Notes under the pieces: model-generated
Told to the model about the DNA's origin: nothing
Databases searched by the model: none
Seen by the model: only the letters and a program-made list of their open reading frames with translations
Shown: in pieces, positions 26,323 through 38,349 of the stretch
Position numbering within the stretch: the first letter of the stretch is position 1
How the letters are laid out: every line of letters begins with the position of its first letter
From: Octopus sinensis
Taxonomy: Eukaryota
DNA: 64,000 nucleotides
Reading direction: 5' to 3'
NCBI RefSeq assembly: GCF_006345805.1
Contig: NC_043000.1
Span: 18,786,001 to 18,850,000 of the forward strand
Position numbers and translations under genes: made by a program

Positions 26323-27658
26323 ACACGTGTATGTGTGTGTTTTAGTTTTTGTTTACTTATATACATCAACAAATAAACCAATTGTGGTTGTTCAATTTGC
26401 TAGAAATAACAGCTAAATCTCTCATACTAAGCTCTTGTTAGTATTAAGGAAAGGAAAAAAAATAGAATTAATATTTTTGATTTTGTTCGGCTCTATGAAT
26501 TTAATTTTTTTTAATTGCATTCGTCCGTTACTTGATACAAGAAAAAAAAGAAATTGGAAAAATTCTGACCAAAATACAGAAATTGTAACTTAACAAAAAA
26601 TATAGACAGAGAAGGAAAAGGTTGTATTCGAAAGCCGAAAGATATTTTTCAGCTGCGGTGTAATTTTATAATTAAAACAAATTTAAAATTAACATTTCGG
26701 AACATAAGACTTAACATGTTATCTAGTGTATGTCCGAATTCAAATGAGTAGAAGGCCTAAAATAAATGTGTGTGCGTGTGTGTGTATGGTTGGGCCTTTA
26801 ATAGTCAGGGGTCAGCCACTCCCTCTCACTCTCTCTTTCTCCCTCACTTCCTTTTTCCCTTGCTCGACACACGCATCAGATTTAAGTATCTTAATTTTCT
26901 CGTTGAAACCGGTGGTGATTCGGTGGCCCAGTAGACATGGGTGTTGAGAAGTAGTAATACAACACATAAATGGTGGTTTCAAATTTCTTCCAGAAATTAC
27001 AAAGGTTGTTTATTTAAGCAACAAAATTCCTTTCTTTTAGGCGTGACACACGCTTCAGCTTCGTACAAAAAGAAATTGGCGTATTAATATTATTGATATA
27101 CATGAATATCTGTATGTATGCATATATATAAAATTTTAATTCAGACACACATCTATGACATACGTAATTATATACACATATGTGACAGCGCGCAAGCATT
27201 GACTGTGTATCCGCGTGTTTGTGTGATATATTTTATATACTTTCTTTAAAAAAGGAGTAGCAAGATACTTAGTCAAAAATTCAACAACTGTCTCGCATAA
27301 TCAATTCAAATCCTACATATAGCTGTAAGTGCATGAAGTGCAATCATCACTTTTGTGATGGAAATTACTTAGCAAAGTCATTTCTGTAGTGTGCTAAGAC
27401 CTATCTGCTTGGCATCACTAGACGGAAATCTTATATTGGATTGAATGAGCAGAATTTTAAGATTCGGTTTTATCAGCTTAGATATTACTTTATTAAATCT
27501 GAAAAATATATTGCCCTGTCGAAAGATATTTGGTTTTTAAGAGTGACAAACCAAAAAGGTGTTTAAAATCACTTGGTTTATTTGGGTTTAGAATGTCTTT
27601 TTCAGAGTAGAAGATTCTGGACGATGCTGCTCTTCTCTCAAGTGTGCTTAACAAACGG

Positions 27659-27659
<1 letters not shown>

Positions 27660-27716
<57 letters not shown>

Positions 27717-27807
27717 TATATATAATATGTATATATAATTATATATATATATATATATATGAGTATATATATATGTATGTGTATGTATATATATATATAT
27801 ATGCATG

Positions 27808-27842
<35 letters not shown>

Positions 27843-27937
27843 TATATGCATGTATATATATATGTATGTTTATATATATGTATATATATATGTATATATG
27901 TATATATATACCTGTATGTCTAGTTATATGTACGTAT

Positions 27938-27993
<56 letters not shown>

Positions 27994-28040
27994 CATATAT
28001 ATGCATGTATGTATATATATATATTTGTGTGTGTGTGTGT
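27660..28040. repeat. Compound TA/TATG low-complexity tract
   Basis: Direct inspection. Confidence 0.95.
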
Positions 28041-28259
28041 GTATTCGTTCTCTTTTATCTTTTACTTTTTTAATTCATTGATTGCACCCATATATATTCA
28101 TATACACGACGGGCTTTCACACTTTGCGTCAACCAAATTCACTCACAAGAAATTGGTCGGCCCCTGGTTCATGTACAAGAGAGACTTACTTAAAGTGTCT
28201 CACTGTAAGACTGGGCTCGAAACGACGTGACTACAGAGTGACTACAGAGTGACCTTGTT

Positions 28260-29700
28260 AACCACACAGTCATAACTGCAGTATCTGAAATTGTCGGGCA
28301 TTACGTTTCAGTATTGAATGTCCAAGTCGAATTTACTCAAACTTCAAGCAATTTTCCCCAGTTATTGACTACCATTTGCTTTTGTACAATTTGATATGCT
28401 CCTTCATGGAGCGTCATGTACTCGTGATAGGAAAGCTTACCGAAAACTAATGTCACGTCAGGTAATCGCCTCGGAATCCTGAAATAACCAAGGCAGATGA
28501 CATGACCATCGTTACTTGATAAGCCGAGCGCAAATGTTACTTGAGAAGCAGAACGTTTATACTAAGAAAGGAGACGCAATGGCCCAGTTGTTAGGGTAGC
28601 GGACTCGCGGTCATAGGATCGCGGTTTCGATTCCCAGACCGGGCGTTGTGAGTGTTTATTGAGCGAAAACACCTAAAGCTCCACGAGGCTCCGGCAGGGG
28701 ATGGTGGTGATCCCTGCTGTACTCTTTCACCACAACTTTCTCTCACTCTTACTTCCTGTTTCTGTTGTACCTGTATTTCAAAGGGCCGGCCTTGTCTCTG
28801 TGTCACGCTGAATATCCCCGAGAACTACGTTAAGGGTACACGTGTTTGTGGAGTGCTCAGCCACTTACACGTTAATTTCACGAGCAGGCTGTTCCGTTGA
28901 TTCGGATCAACCGGAACCCTCGTCGTCGTAACCGACTGAGTGCTTCCATCCATACTGAGAAAACCCACATTTTTCCAGTACTTCTTTGTCAGTTGTAAAA
29001 ACATTTCAGCTGATTTGTAATGAAAAACCTTAAACATTTCGGGTGAAATCTTCCAAGTATTTTGATGTATCGTTTATACAGGGTTTATGACTCTGATGAA
29101 TGTAGCAAAGATGCGATGATGCAAGTATCAAATATGTCAAGTTTGGTGGACAATTTCAAGTTCTCGTCTGACATACGCGTCTCGTCTGACATGGCCCAAA
29201 GCGAAGCTCATTTTGGAATCGAATGATCTATTTCTAGAGACAGAACTGTCATGATACACAAAATTATCGATTACAATAAGTCTGGTGCCTTGAATAACTA
29301 TATTTGATTCACATACGCCTCTTTTGAAATGAATGTAAACATTACCTTAATTTTATGATGAAGTATTGTAGGTAAAACAGTTGTACAAAAATGGGAGTTG
29401 TATTGTTTTTCAATATATCTTTATCTGAGAGAACCGTAAGGTCACAAACGTGTATAAAAGGCTTATAAAATCCTTTGAATTAGCTTTGAAACGACTCAAA
29501 TTAAACAGTTTACCTGCAATAGTGAACAAAAATGCCTAGATCTCGGTGCTGAAATGCATGAGTAAACACAATTTTGACTTTCCCATCTATTGTCGATGGT
29601 CTGTGAAAATGATTTGTGAAATGCTTTACCGATCTCTTCAGAATATCTTCAGTGTCATTGATTAAAGAAGATCTATCATTATAATGGAGAAGAGCAGTAG
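28260..29700 (-). pseudogene. Degraded RTE/BovB-like LINE, split by a SINE B
   Basis: SLINDTEDILKR..KHF, LKLSTKLDIFDTCIIASLLHSSES*TLYKRYIKILGRFHPKCLR and GHVICLGYFRIPRRL match RTE RT and C-terminal motifs. Confidence 0.65.
28570..28951 (+). mobile_element. SINE family B
   Basis: TSD ATACT(A/G)AGAAA at 28559-28569 and 28952-28962. Confidence 0.92.
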
Positions 29701-29739
29701 TTGATTAGTGAAAAACAAATAAATGTTTTAATAAGCTAT

Positions 29740-30155
29740 CAGGAGTGGCTGTGTGGTAAGTAGCTTGCTAACCAACCACATGGTTCCGGGTTCAGTCCCA
29801 CTGCGTGGCATCTTGGGCAAGTGTCTTCTGCCATAGCCCCGGGCCGACCAATGCCTTGTGAGTGGATTTGGTAGACGGAAACTGAAAGAAGCCTGTCGTA
29901 TATATGTATATATATGTATATGTATGTATGTATGTGTATGTGTTTGTGTGTCTGTGTTTGTACCCCTAGCATTGCTTGACAACCGATGCTGGTGTGTTTA
30001 CGTCCCCGTCACTTAGCGGTTCGGCAAAAGAGACCGATAGAATAAGTACTGGGCTTACAAAGAATAAGTCCCGGGGTCGAGTTGCTCGACTAAAGGCGGT
30101 GCTCCAGCATGGCCGCAGTCAAATGACTGAAACATGTAAAAGAGTAAAAGAGAGT
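29740..30155 (+). mobile_element. SINE family A
   Basis: Full-length copy. Confidence 0.92.
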
Positions 30156-31305
30156 AATTGTTTTTGAGTCTTCTTTCTCTAAGGCCAGAAGAATATGACA
30201 TTGGAATTATTCTGCTTTCTCCAAATGTTTCTCTCCAGATAAATCGCGATTGTACAATTTCTGGGGTAATGCATACTTGATTTCTTGAAGCTCAGATATA
30301 CTTAAGTTATTTTCATCGAAATCATCTCTGTGTTTCAATGGTCTGAAGCCGAAGCAACACTGCTCTAAACATTTTGTGTTACAGTGAACTATAAGGCGAC
30401 ACATTTACTATAACTTTATGAAAATATGTAGATATTGCAAGATCTTGGGTTTTACAACAAGTAGCTATTCCGGCATCTTCGAGTTATTATATTCTGAACA
30501 TTTCCCCCAAAACCAGCTTCAGATTTGTTCGTACTAGGTAATGATCCGTCCGACACAGAGTCTACAATAACTTTATAAACAGGCGAATAATGTTAATTTA
30601 GCTTTTACTAACTTGGAATAAAATTGCTGAAAACGAACGAGAGTTTGTCTGTGGTAGTTTTTGGCACTCCTTTTAGTTAATAACATGATTTCCACGTGAA
30701 TTTGATTAAATCATCAATAACAGGCAGATCCATGTTTAACTATTTTTTCGGTCAACGCTTCTTTTGCCTCAGATAATGAAATAATTTTTGATGACCTTGG
30801 TCATAACTACCAAGATATTTCCACTAGTGTAGTATTGAATTAATACCAGCATTTTAAACAACTCATTTTAGCGTTTTGATTCCACGAGTTTTTCCTTGCT
30901 TGTATAAGATGAGACTCTATTTTCTTGAAAAAGTTGTCATCAATCATTTCCTTACACTGGAATAAATGATTTATTTAACTATTTGACAGTATTTTGGACC
31001 ATTTAAATCATTAAAAGAAAACAAAACAAAGGTTGTGTCCTTCCTATCATCTAAACTGCTCCCAATGATAATTCCAACTTCTCCAGAACCAGTTCCTGTG
31101 TTTCAAAATTATTGACGGACATATATCGGTCATGAATGAGAGAATTGGCAGAATTTGTTTCCTCTAGACCATACTGACTGACAAACTCCTCCTTGTGGCA
31201 GACCTCCTCAACCCAGTTTAACCTTTTCATGTTAGCTTTCGAAATCATCGGTTTCTTCTTTGTATCTTTTCGCTCATAATCCCGATCTTTCAATAATGTC
31301 TATTA

Positions 31306-31635
31306 GGTGCAGGAATGGCTGCGTGGGTAAGAAACTTGCTTCCCCACTATGCAGTCTTGCGCGGTACTTAAGGCAAATGTCTTCTACAAGATTCTTGGGA
31401 CGACCAAAGCCTTGCGATTTGATTTGATAGACGGAAACTGTGGAATCCCGTTTTGCGTTATGATTGCTCCCTACCACACCCGAAAATTAGTGTGGGTTTA
31501 TTCACGTCCCCGTAACTTAGTGATGCGGTAAACGAGACCGATGGAATAAGTACAGAGATCTATTTGTTCGACTAGAACTCTTGAAAGTGGTGTCACAATA
31601 TGGCCGAAGTTCAAATGACTGAAACCAGTAGAAAA
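31306..31635 (+). mobile_element. SINE family A, old diverged copy
   Basis: Head, body and tail are alignable by eye. Confidence 0.75.
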
Positions 31636-32070
31636 TACGATAAAATGGCAACATATCTATAAGATGTGCAAGCTCTCTAACATTTGTACACCGATTTTTC
31701 TTTTAACTGCCCTCCTTGCTTTCTCAGAAACTTTCTGCGCCCCACCCCTGGTCGCTTGTCTATTCAACATTGAAATGCTTCGACCCGACTATTGACTATG
31801 TTAATTGGCAGTTACATAATTAACACTGAAAATTTCGCATATATCTCTTGTGCCCAATCCACCTTCATACCAGCCAATAACAAGACCGAAAACTTTGTTT
31901 TGGCTTTGAGTATTGTGATTTACAAAATTAAAGTCAAAATTAACCACAAAACATAATTATATTTATATGTGTACCTGCAAACTAAGAAAATCAAACTTCT
32001 AAAAAAATTTTCTCAAATCACTCTCTCTCTCTATACACACACGCACACATGTACACATAGAAACATATAT

Positions 32071-32307
32071 CACGTGATAACGTAACCGACCAAGATATCA
32101 GATGTTGTTATCCATCGCTGGTCACAAAGCGCTTTTGCATTGTTTTAGCTTTCAAATGACGCCACCCCTCTGGCTAGGCGATCGAAGGGGCAATGTGAAA
32201 TGAAATGTTTTGTTTAAGAACACAACGCGCCGCCCAATCAGGGAATCGAAACCACGATCTAGCGATCGTGAGTGCAACAGTCTGACCACTAGACCACGCA
32301 CTTTCAC
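32071..32307 (-). mobile_element. tRNA-headed SINE sharing the B' tail
   Basis: B box ggtttcgattccc; tail ...gcgatg...acatctgat...ggtcggt shared with 9981-10288. Confidence 0.75.
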
Positions 32308-32373
32308 ATACACACACAGATACGTACACACACACGCGCGAACGACGCGCATACACATGTACATTATATATGG

Positions 32374-32759
32374 GTGGAGGCGCAATGGCCCAGTGGTTAG
32401 GGCAGCGGACTCGCGGTCGTAGGATCGCGGTTTCGATTCCCAGACCGGGCGCTGTGAGTGTTTATTGAGCGAAAACACCTAAAAGCTCCACGAGGCTCCG
32501 GCAGGGATGGTGGTGATCCCTGCTGTACTCTTTCACCACAACTTTCTCTCACTCTTACTTCCTGTTTCTGTTGTACCTGTATTTCAAGGGGCCGGCCTTG
32601 TCACTCTCTGTGTCACGCTGAATATCCCCGAGAACTGCGTTAAGGGTACACGTGTCTGTGGAGTGCTCAGCCACTTACACGTTAATTTCACGAGCAGGCT
32701 GTTCCGTTGATTCGGATCAACCGGAACCCTCATCGTCGTAACCGACGGAGTGTTTCCAC
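32374..32759 (+). mobile_element. SINE family B
   Basis: TSD ACATTATATAT at 32361-32371 and 32760-32770. Confidence 0.92.
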
Positions 32760-32763
32760 ACAT

Positions 32764-32795
<32 letters not shown>

Positions 32796-32810
32796 TCATA
32801 TATGCACGTA

Positions 32811-33213
32811 GGCGCAAGCGTGGTTGTGTGGCAAGGAGTTTACTTCCCAACCACATAGTTTGGGGTTCAGTCTCACTGCGTGGAACTTTGAGCAAGTACA
32901 TTCTCCTTTAGCCTCGAGCCAACAAAATGCCTTGCGAGTGGATTTGGTAGGCGGAAACGGAAAGATGCTCGTTCTATACATATGTGTGTGTGTGTGTGTG
33001 TCTGTGTGAGTGTTTATCCTCCACCATCGCTTGACAACCGGTGATGGTGTGTTTACGCCCCCGTAACATAGCGGTTCGACAAATGCGATCCATGCAATAA
33101 GTGGTAAGCTGAGAAAAAAATAACTCCTGAAATTGATCTGTTCGACTGCAATACCCTTCAAGGCAGTATCTCAGCATGGCCGCAGTCTAACGACTGAAAC
33201 AAATCATAAAAGA
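32811..33213 (+). mobile_element. SINE family A, diverged
   Basis: Same bipartite layout as family A. Confidence 0.78.
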
Positions 33214-33214
33214 C

Positions 33215-33256
<42 letters not shown>

Positions 33257-33604
33257 ATAAGCCCAAACTTAACCACTCTAACATCCTTATACAGAGAAAC
33301 TCACCCCATTAAGTAAAAAAGGCCAGAAATATAAAGCGATTATCTTCCTTACACCGGAAGAAATCACTTATTACCTCCCCTTACCTGGAACTCTTTACAC
33401 TTCATAACGAAATCATAACACGATGTTTTGAGAAATTTGAAAAGTTAAAACGAAACCGGTAATTTCTTCAAAAACTATGTCACTGTATGAAAAAAATTTA
33501 TAACATTCTTCTGACATAATGACTCAAATATATATTTTTTAACCTTTTAAAACAAGCCTTCTGTAGTTTTTTCACTTTTTACTATTTTCTCTCTCTCTCT
33601 CTCC

Positions 33605-33669
<65 letters not shown>

Positions 33670-33757
33670 TAAAATATGAATATATATATTGATACATGTA
33701 CATATACAAACGCATGTATATGTGTATACACACATACGTGTGTGTGTGTGTATATTT

Positions 33758-33995
33758 GGAGGCATGTTGCTTAGTAGTTAAGGTGTTGGGTGTTACAATC
33801 ATAAGATTGTGGTTTCGATTCCCGGACCGGAAGATGCGTTGTATTTATTCTTGAGTAAAACATTCCATTCCACGATATCTCAGTCCACTCAGCTGATAAA
33901 AATGAATAATCCTGCGACGGATCGACGTCTCGTCCAGATCGGGAATATATACGCCATGGAACCCGGGAGTCTGACCTTATGAGCATATCGTTCGG
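33758..33995 (+). mobile_element. Diverged tRNA-headed SINE
   Basis: A-box-like tgcttagtagtta, B box ggtttcgattccc, followed by a ttcttgagtaaaacatt core-like segment. Confidence 0.65.
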
Positions 33996-34038
33996 GAAGT
34001 ATCAATGATCCTTGTAATATATATATATATATATATAA

Positions 34039-34072
<34 letters not shown>

Positions 34073-34130
34073 TACGGAGATGTACTCGCATAGCAAGTAA
34101 TTTGATCTGAGATCGTGTGCTGAAACGAAA

Positions 34131-34417
34131 ACAATTGCAGCGTGGAAGGTGTTTATAAGCCATTTAAGAAACACACAAAAGCCGTTCGATTCAGTTCAGC
34201 ATTTAAGTTTAATTTGTCAAAATATTTTCGTCGCTAAACCGCGACCTGTTCACTGACAAGTCCGTGCTGCATCTCCGAGATGCAGCACGGATTTTTGTCA
34301 GTGAACATTCGCGGATTTTAGCGACGAAAATATTTTGACAAATTAAACTTAATGCTGAACTGAATCGAACGGCTTTGTGTGTTTCTTAATGGCTTATAAA
34401 ACACTTTCCACGCTGCA

Positions 34418-34422
<5 letters not shown>
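34131..34422. repeat. Fold-back palindrome, ~145-bp imperfect arms, between (TA)n tracts
   Basis: acaattgcagcgtggaa...gctgcatctc-c-gagatgcagc...ttccacgctgcaattgt. Confidence 0.95.
34214..34259 (-). ncRNA. Candidate type I minimal hammerhead ribozyme, G3-C8 core variant
   Basis: Minus strand: ttgtca-GTGAACA-g-gtcgc-ggttta-gcgac-GAA-aatatt-t-tgacaa. Stems I and II are perfect and stem III is palindromic. A mirror copy with a damaged stem II lies on + at 34294-34342. Confidence 0.55.
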
Positions 34423-34513
<91 letters not shown>

Positions 34514-34894
34514 CTAGCAGTATCGCCCGGCGTTGCTCAGGTTTGTAAGGGAAATACTATAAGCATTTTTAGAGAGTTATAGCCAAAAAATAGCAAAAAA
34601 ATGGAAAAAAATGATGGTAAATTTTTTTTTTGAGAGTAATAAAAGGTTGAGTTGCGTCCCCTAGACAGTCTGTGGTTTGTTTTGTTTTTATTCTCGACCC
34701 CATGTCGAATTTATCGATTTTTTTCAGAACTGGGGGAACTTTTCACAAATTTTCGCTGCGTTAGTTTTGAATTATGACATTGGGCTATGTGTGTGTCAAG
34801 TTTCATCAGAATCGGTTGAAAGCCGTGGTCAGGGTGAGGGTAACGAGAAACAGACACACAGAAACACGCACAGACAAACTGCCGTTTATATAGA
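34514..34894 (-). mobile_element. Chimeric non-autonomous Helitron (D2 5' part, D1 3' part)
   Basis: TC at 34894, CTAG at 34514. 34690-34894 matches 12080-12290; 34514-34625 matches 62554-62680. Confidence 0.85.
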
Positions 34895-34937
34895 TATATA
34901 TATATATAATATATATATGATATATATATATATATAT

Positions 34938-35261
34938 TATATTAAATTAGAGATAAAACCACTATTAGGCAAGTCATACAATGAAAAACTTAAAGCCAAT
35001 ACATAAGATTAATTAATTTATATTATTTAAATATATATCAAAATTATTAAAAAAGATAATTAGTATAACACCTGAAGAATGACTGTAACTCGAAATTTTA
35101 AGAATTGGACAGCCATGAAAAAATCGTAGTGTTATACTAATTATCTTTTTTAATAATTTTGATATATATTTAAATAATATAAATTAATTAATCTTATGTA
35201 TTGGCTTAAGTTTTTCATTGTATGATTTGCCTAATAGTAGTTTTATCTCTAATTTAATATA
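34938..35261. repeat. Hairpin with ~134-bp arms and a 57-nt hammerhead-like loop
   Basis: Arms 34938-35071 and 35129-35261. The loop starts CTGAAGA and ends GAAA...GTA. Confidence 0.93.
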
Positions 35262-35341
35262 ATATAATATTTTACTATAAAATTGGATTCAATCCTAAAT
35301 CTGAATTTTCCCTGAAAGTTTGGATTTATTCCCTAATATTT

Positions 35342-35393
<52 letters not shown>

Positions 35394-35396
35394 CTA

Positions 35397-35950
35397 TCTG
35401 TATCCTTTCCTTTTGATAAGGGCAGGAGATTTTGTAACATTTGCAACTCCGAACTCTTCCATATTCTCTTCTCTAAGGTTCCCCTTGTAAACACACTCAT
35501 AGAGAAATTGTACAAATGTAAACACTGGCAGAAACATACTTTTTACTCATATAAATGATTACGATAATCATTGTGGTTTGAACAATTAGCTTAACGTGCA
35601 CTCCACTTCAAAAGCGAAATACTTTCTTAAGCCTTTGAACATTCTTTTAATCAACGTACCCTTCCCTCTCCACTTGTTCCCTACCTATTATTCCTTTAAC
35701 CCTTCTCTCCCTACTATCTAACTTTGACATCAATTCTACTAACGGATTTTTTAAAACACTTATTATCGTTTTGTTTACCATGTTTTTGTTTTGTCTTGTT
35801 GTTGAGAGAGGCTCCCTTTCTTTCCTGATGAGAAGATTGCATCTTGCACCGTTTATTCCTTTGGAATGAAATCATGTTGTCTTCGAAACATATGTCGAGA
35901 GTAAAGGAATTTTGTTAACATCTTCGTTCAACTCCATTCATTTATTTATT
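35397..35950 (+). mobile_element. 3' end of a Penelope-like (Naiad-type) element: GIY-YIG C-terminus plus pLTR/UTR
   Basis: SFPFDKGRRFCNICNSELFHIL...VNTLIEKLYKCKHWQKH* parallels the C-terminus of 53955-54400. It starts at a (TA)n tract and is followed by a hammerhead. Confidence 0.65.
35815..35907 (+). ncRNA. Type I hammerhead ribozyme with canonical core and GUC site
   Basis: Stem I cctttctttc / gagag(t)aaagg; CTGATGA at 35825-35831; stem II closed by gaaga/tcttc; GAA + palindrome ACATATGT + C. Predicted cleavage after 35896. Confidence 0.75.
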
Positions 35951-35956
35951 CATATA

Positions 35957-37888
35957 CTAGCAGAATTGCCCGGCGATGCTCGGGGCTGAATTGCTTGAAA
36001 GTACTGTTAATGATTGCACTGAATTATGATGATTATTCAGGCAAATATTGATATAAGTTTACGGTGGGAGATAAGGACTTAACGATCAAACGTGTGCCTT
36101 TGCATTGTTTTGGGGGAACCAAATTTCTAATGAGCATTATAGGGGCACCAACTTTAAGTTTGTGAATGTGTGGTGGTAGTCCGGGGGGGCTCAAGGAATT
36201 GAGTACCTATATTGGATAGTTGATGACGTCCTCTGGGTTAGGAGTTGTATCGATAGACCTATATACATAGACATCCCCAGGAATGAGTTTTAGCATTTCA
36301 TCATTAATATGGTGAACAGTTTTATTCCCCGGGGCCAGAATAGCCCTTTGGCCAATCCAATCCATATTCTGATAATTAGCTTGTAGATCTGGGAACATTG
36401 CATCTCTGAGATCAGAAGGCGTTTTAACAATGGTACAAATGGAATCGATGGCAATATTACCATTTTCATCCCCTGGTATTTTGCCTTCGCTAAGTCCAAG
36501 GAGGGTATGAGAAAATGCTGCTGATGTGATATTACGTCGCCTATGAGCACGCATATTGGTGTGAAGTTTGAGAGTCTTCACCAGTGGCCACAATGTGCAT
36601 GACTTAAGACACGCACTTACTGCATCAGCTCTAGTCCCGTTGGGAATAACGGGAAGTGTTTGTCGGAAGTCCCCTGAAAGAAGAAGTGTTATGCCTCCCA
36701 TGAGAGCTGAAGAGTGTTTGATGTCTCTGAGGATCTATCTAGTGCCTCAAGAGACCTCTGTGGGCCATCGTGCATTCATCCCAAACGATAAGCTTGCATC
36801 GTCTGAAGACTTCTGCCTGATCGGAGCTGTTACTGATGTTGCAAGTTGGTGTCTCAGTCTTCGCTAAGTCAAGCGGAAGCTTGAAAGTGGAGTGAGCTGT
36901 CCTGCCGCCTGGCAACAAAGTAGCCGCAATTCCAGATGATGCCACAGCTAGGGCAATGCCTTGTGTTCGCCTAATCTCAGCCAATATTAATTTGTTGACA
37001 AAAGTTTTCCCAGTGCCCCCAGGAGCGTCCAGGAAAAAAATCCCCCCAGCTTTGGCCCGGACTGAATTAACAACGGAGTTGTAAGCGAACTTCTGTTCTG
37101 GAAGGAGCTTTGGCTCATTGTCGGCTATGTACTCGGCAAGCTCGTCAACACTAAAACATGTCTCACGCAGCAAATGTGAAGACAGAGTGTTTGTGCCTTC
37201 CCGGTTTGTTGAAGGTAGGCCATAGACCGGCAAGGCACTACCGCCCATATCAAGTACAGTATCTTCGAACGTAGTTTGTTACCACACAGCCACACCTGCC
37301 CCTATGTATGTGTGTGTGGTGTATGGGTAGATATATTATGCATGTATATATGTGTATATAATATGTGTACATATTACATGTACATCTATATATATATACA
37401 TCTACACATAAAATACAAAATACAAAGTTATATCTTAATATCGCTAGTGATAACAATACTCAAAATATATAACAGACTGGAATTGTAGGCCCGTCTCTTG
37501 CAATTTCGATCAATTGGATCTTGTCCTCCCTCTTGTATAGAAGTGTACGGCTGCAGCGAAATTCAATTTTGGACTTTCTTCTATCGAAGGCATTTTAACA
37601 AAAATGCTTCCGTAAAGACGGTGAAATATTTTGTCAATTTCCCCAAACAGGGACACAATTCAATTTTAAACAATAACCAAAGCCCCTTCTCCGAAAGGGG
37701 GAGGGTTACGGTTTACAATTATTTAACAAATGCAACACAACAACGTTTCCCTGACGAGGAACCAACAAACGTGATTACAATAGTCAAACAGTAATGATAA
37801 TAACAACAAACCTTTTTAATTTATCCCCATTTATGTGAAACCACTTATTCAAGTTCAAGTCATTGATGCAATTTTATACGAATTGCTA

Positions 37889-37927
<39 letters not shown>

Positions 37928-38349
37928 ATAGGGGTGAAAAATTGAATATTAATTTGATTAATATGAATTGAAAACCAGTGGTGTAGCATATAAGACCATA
38001 GCGGATCTTCCTCTAGCAAAAAGGATGACCAGTATTAATGGCTCATCCCTGTTATATAAATATTTTCACTTTAATTGTTGCACACTTGCAAAGAGAAAAG
38101 AGGAGAAAGTGTAGTGGTAATGGAAGGAGTGAAGCACTTGAAATGAGAGAGGCAAATCGTAAAATATTGAGTTTTCTCGAATTTTTGCTTAATTGGGGGT
38201 CAAATTGAAAAAACTTTACATGCCATGACCCAATGGAATCTACTTGGAAAAATCATAGGTAAATTCCAATTGAAGAAATTCTATATTGTACAATTGTATA
38301 AAAAACGAACGATTTGGGAGGCAGAGAAAATCTGCCTTTTATCATAAGA
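35957..38349 (-). mobile_element. Internally deleted Helitron carrying a PIF1-like helicase fragment
   Basis: 3' hairpin cccgagcatcgccggg plus CTAG at 35957-35984, directly downstream of the helicase. Probable 5' TC (TCTTATGATAAAAGGCAG) at 38349; the 5' boundary is inferred. Confidence 0.75.
36060..37270 (-). pseudogene. Helitron RepHel PIF1 helicase domain, frameshifted
   Basis: FFLDAPGGTGKT (Walker A), AVASSGIAATLL.GGRTAHS, IVWDECTMAH, LLSGDFRQTLPV, LHTNMRA, RAILAP.N; continues past TAG as [28 protein letters not shown]...GTRLIV. Confidence 0.93.
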
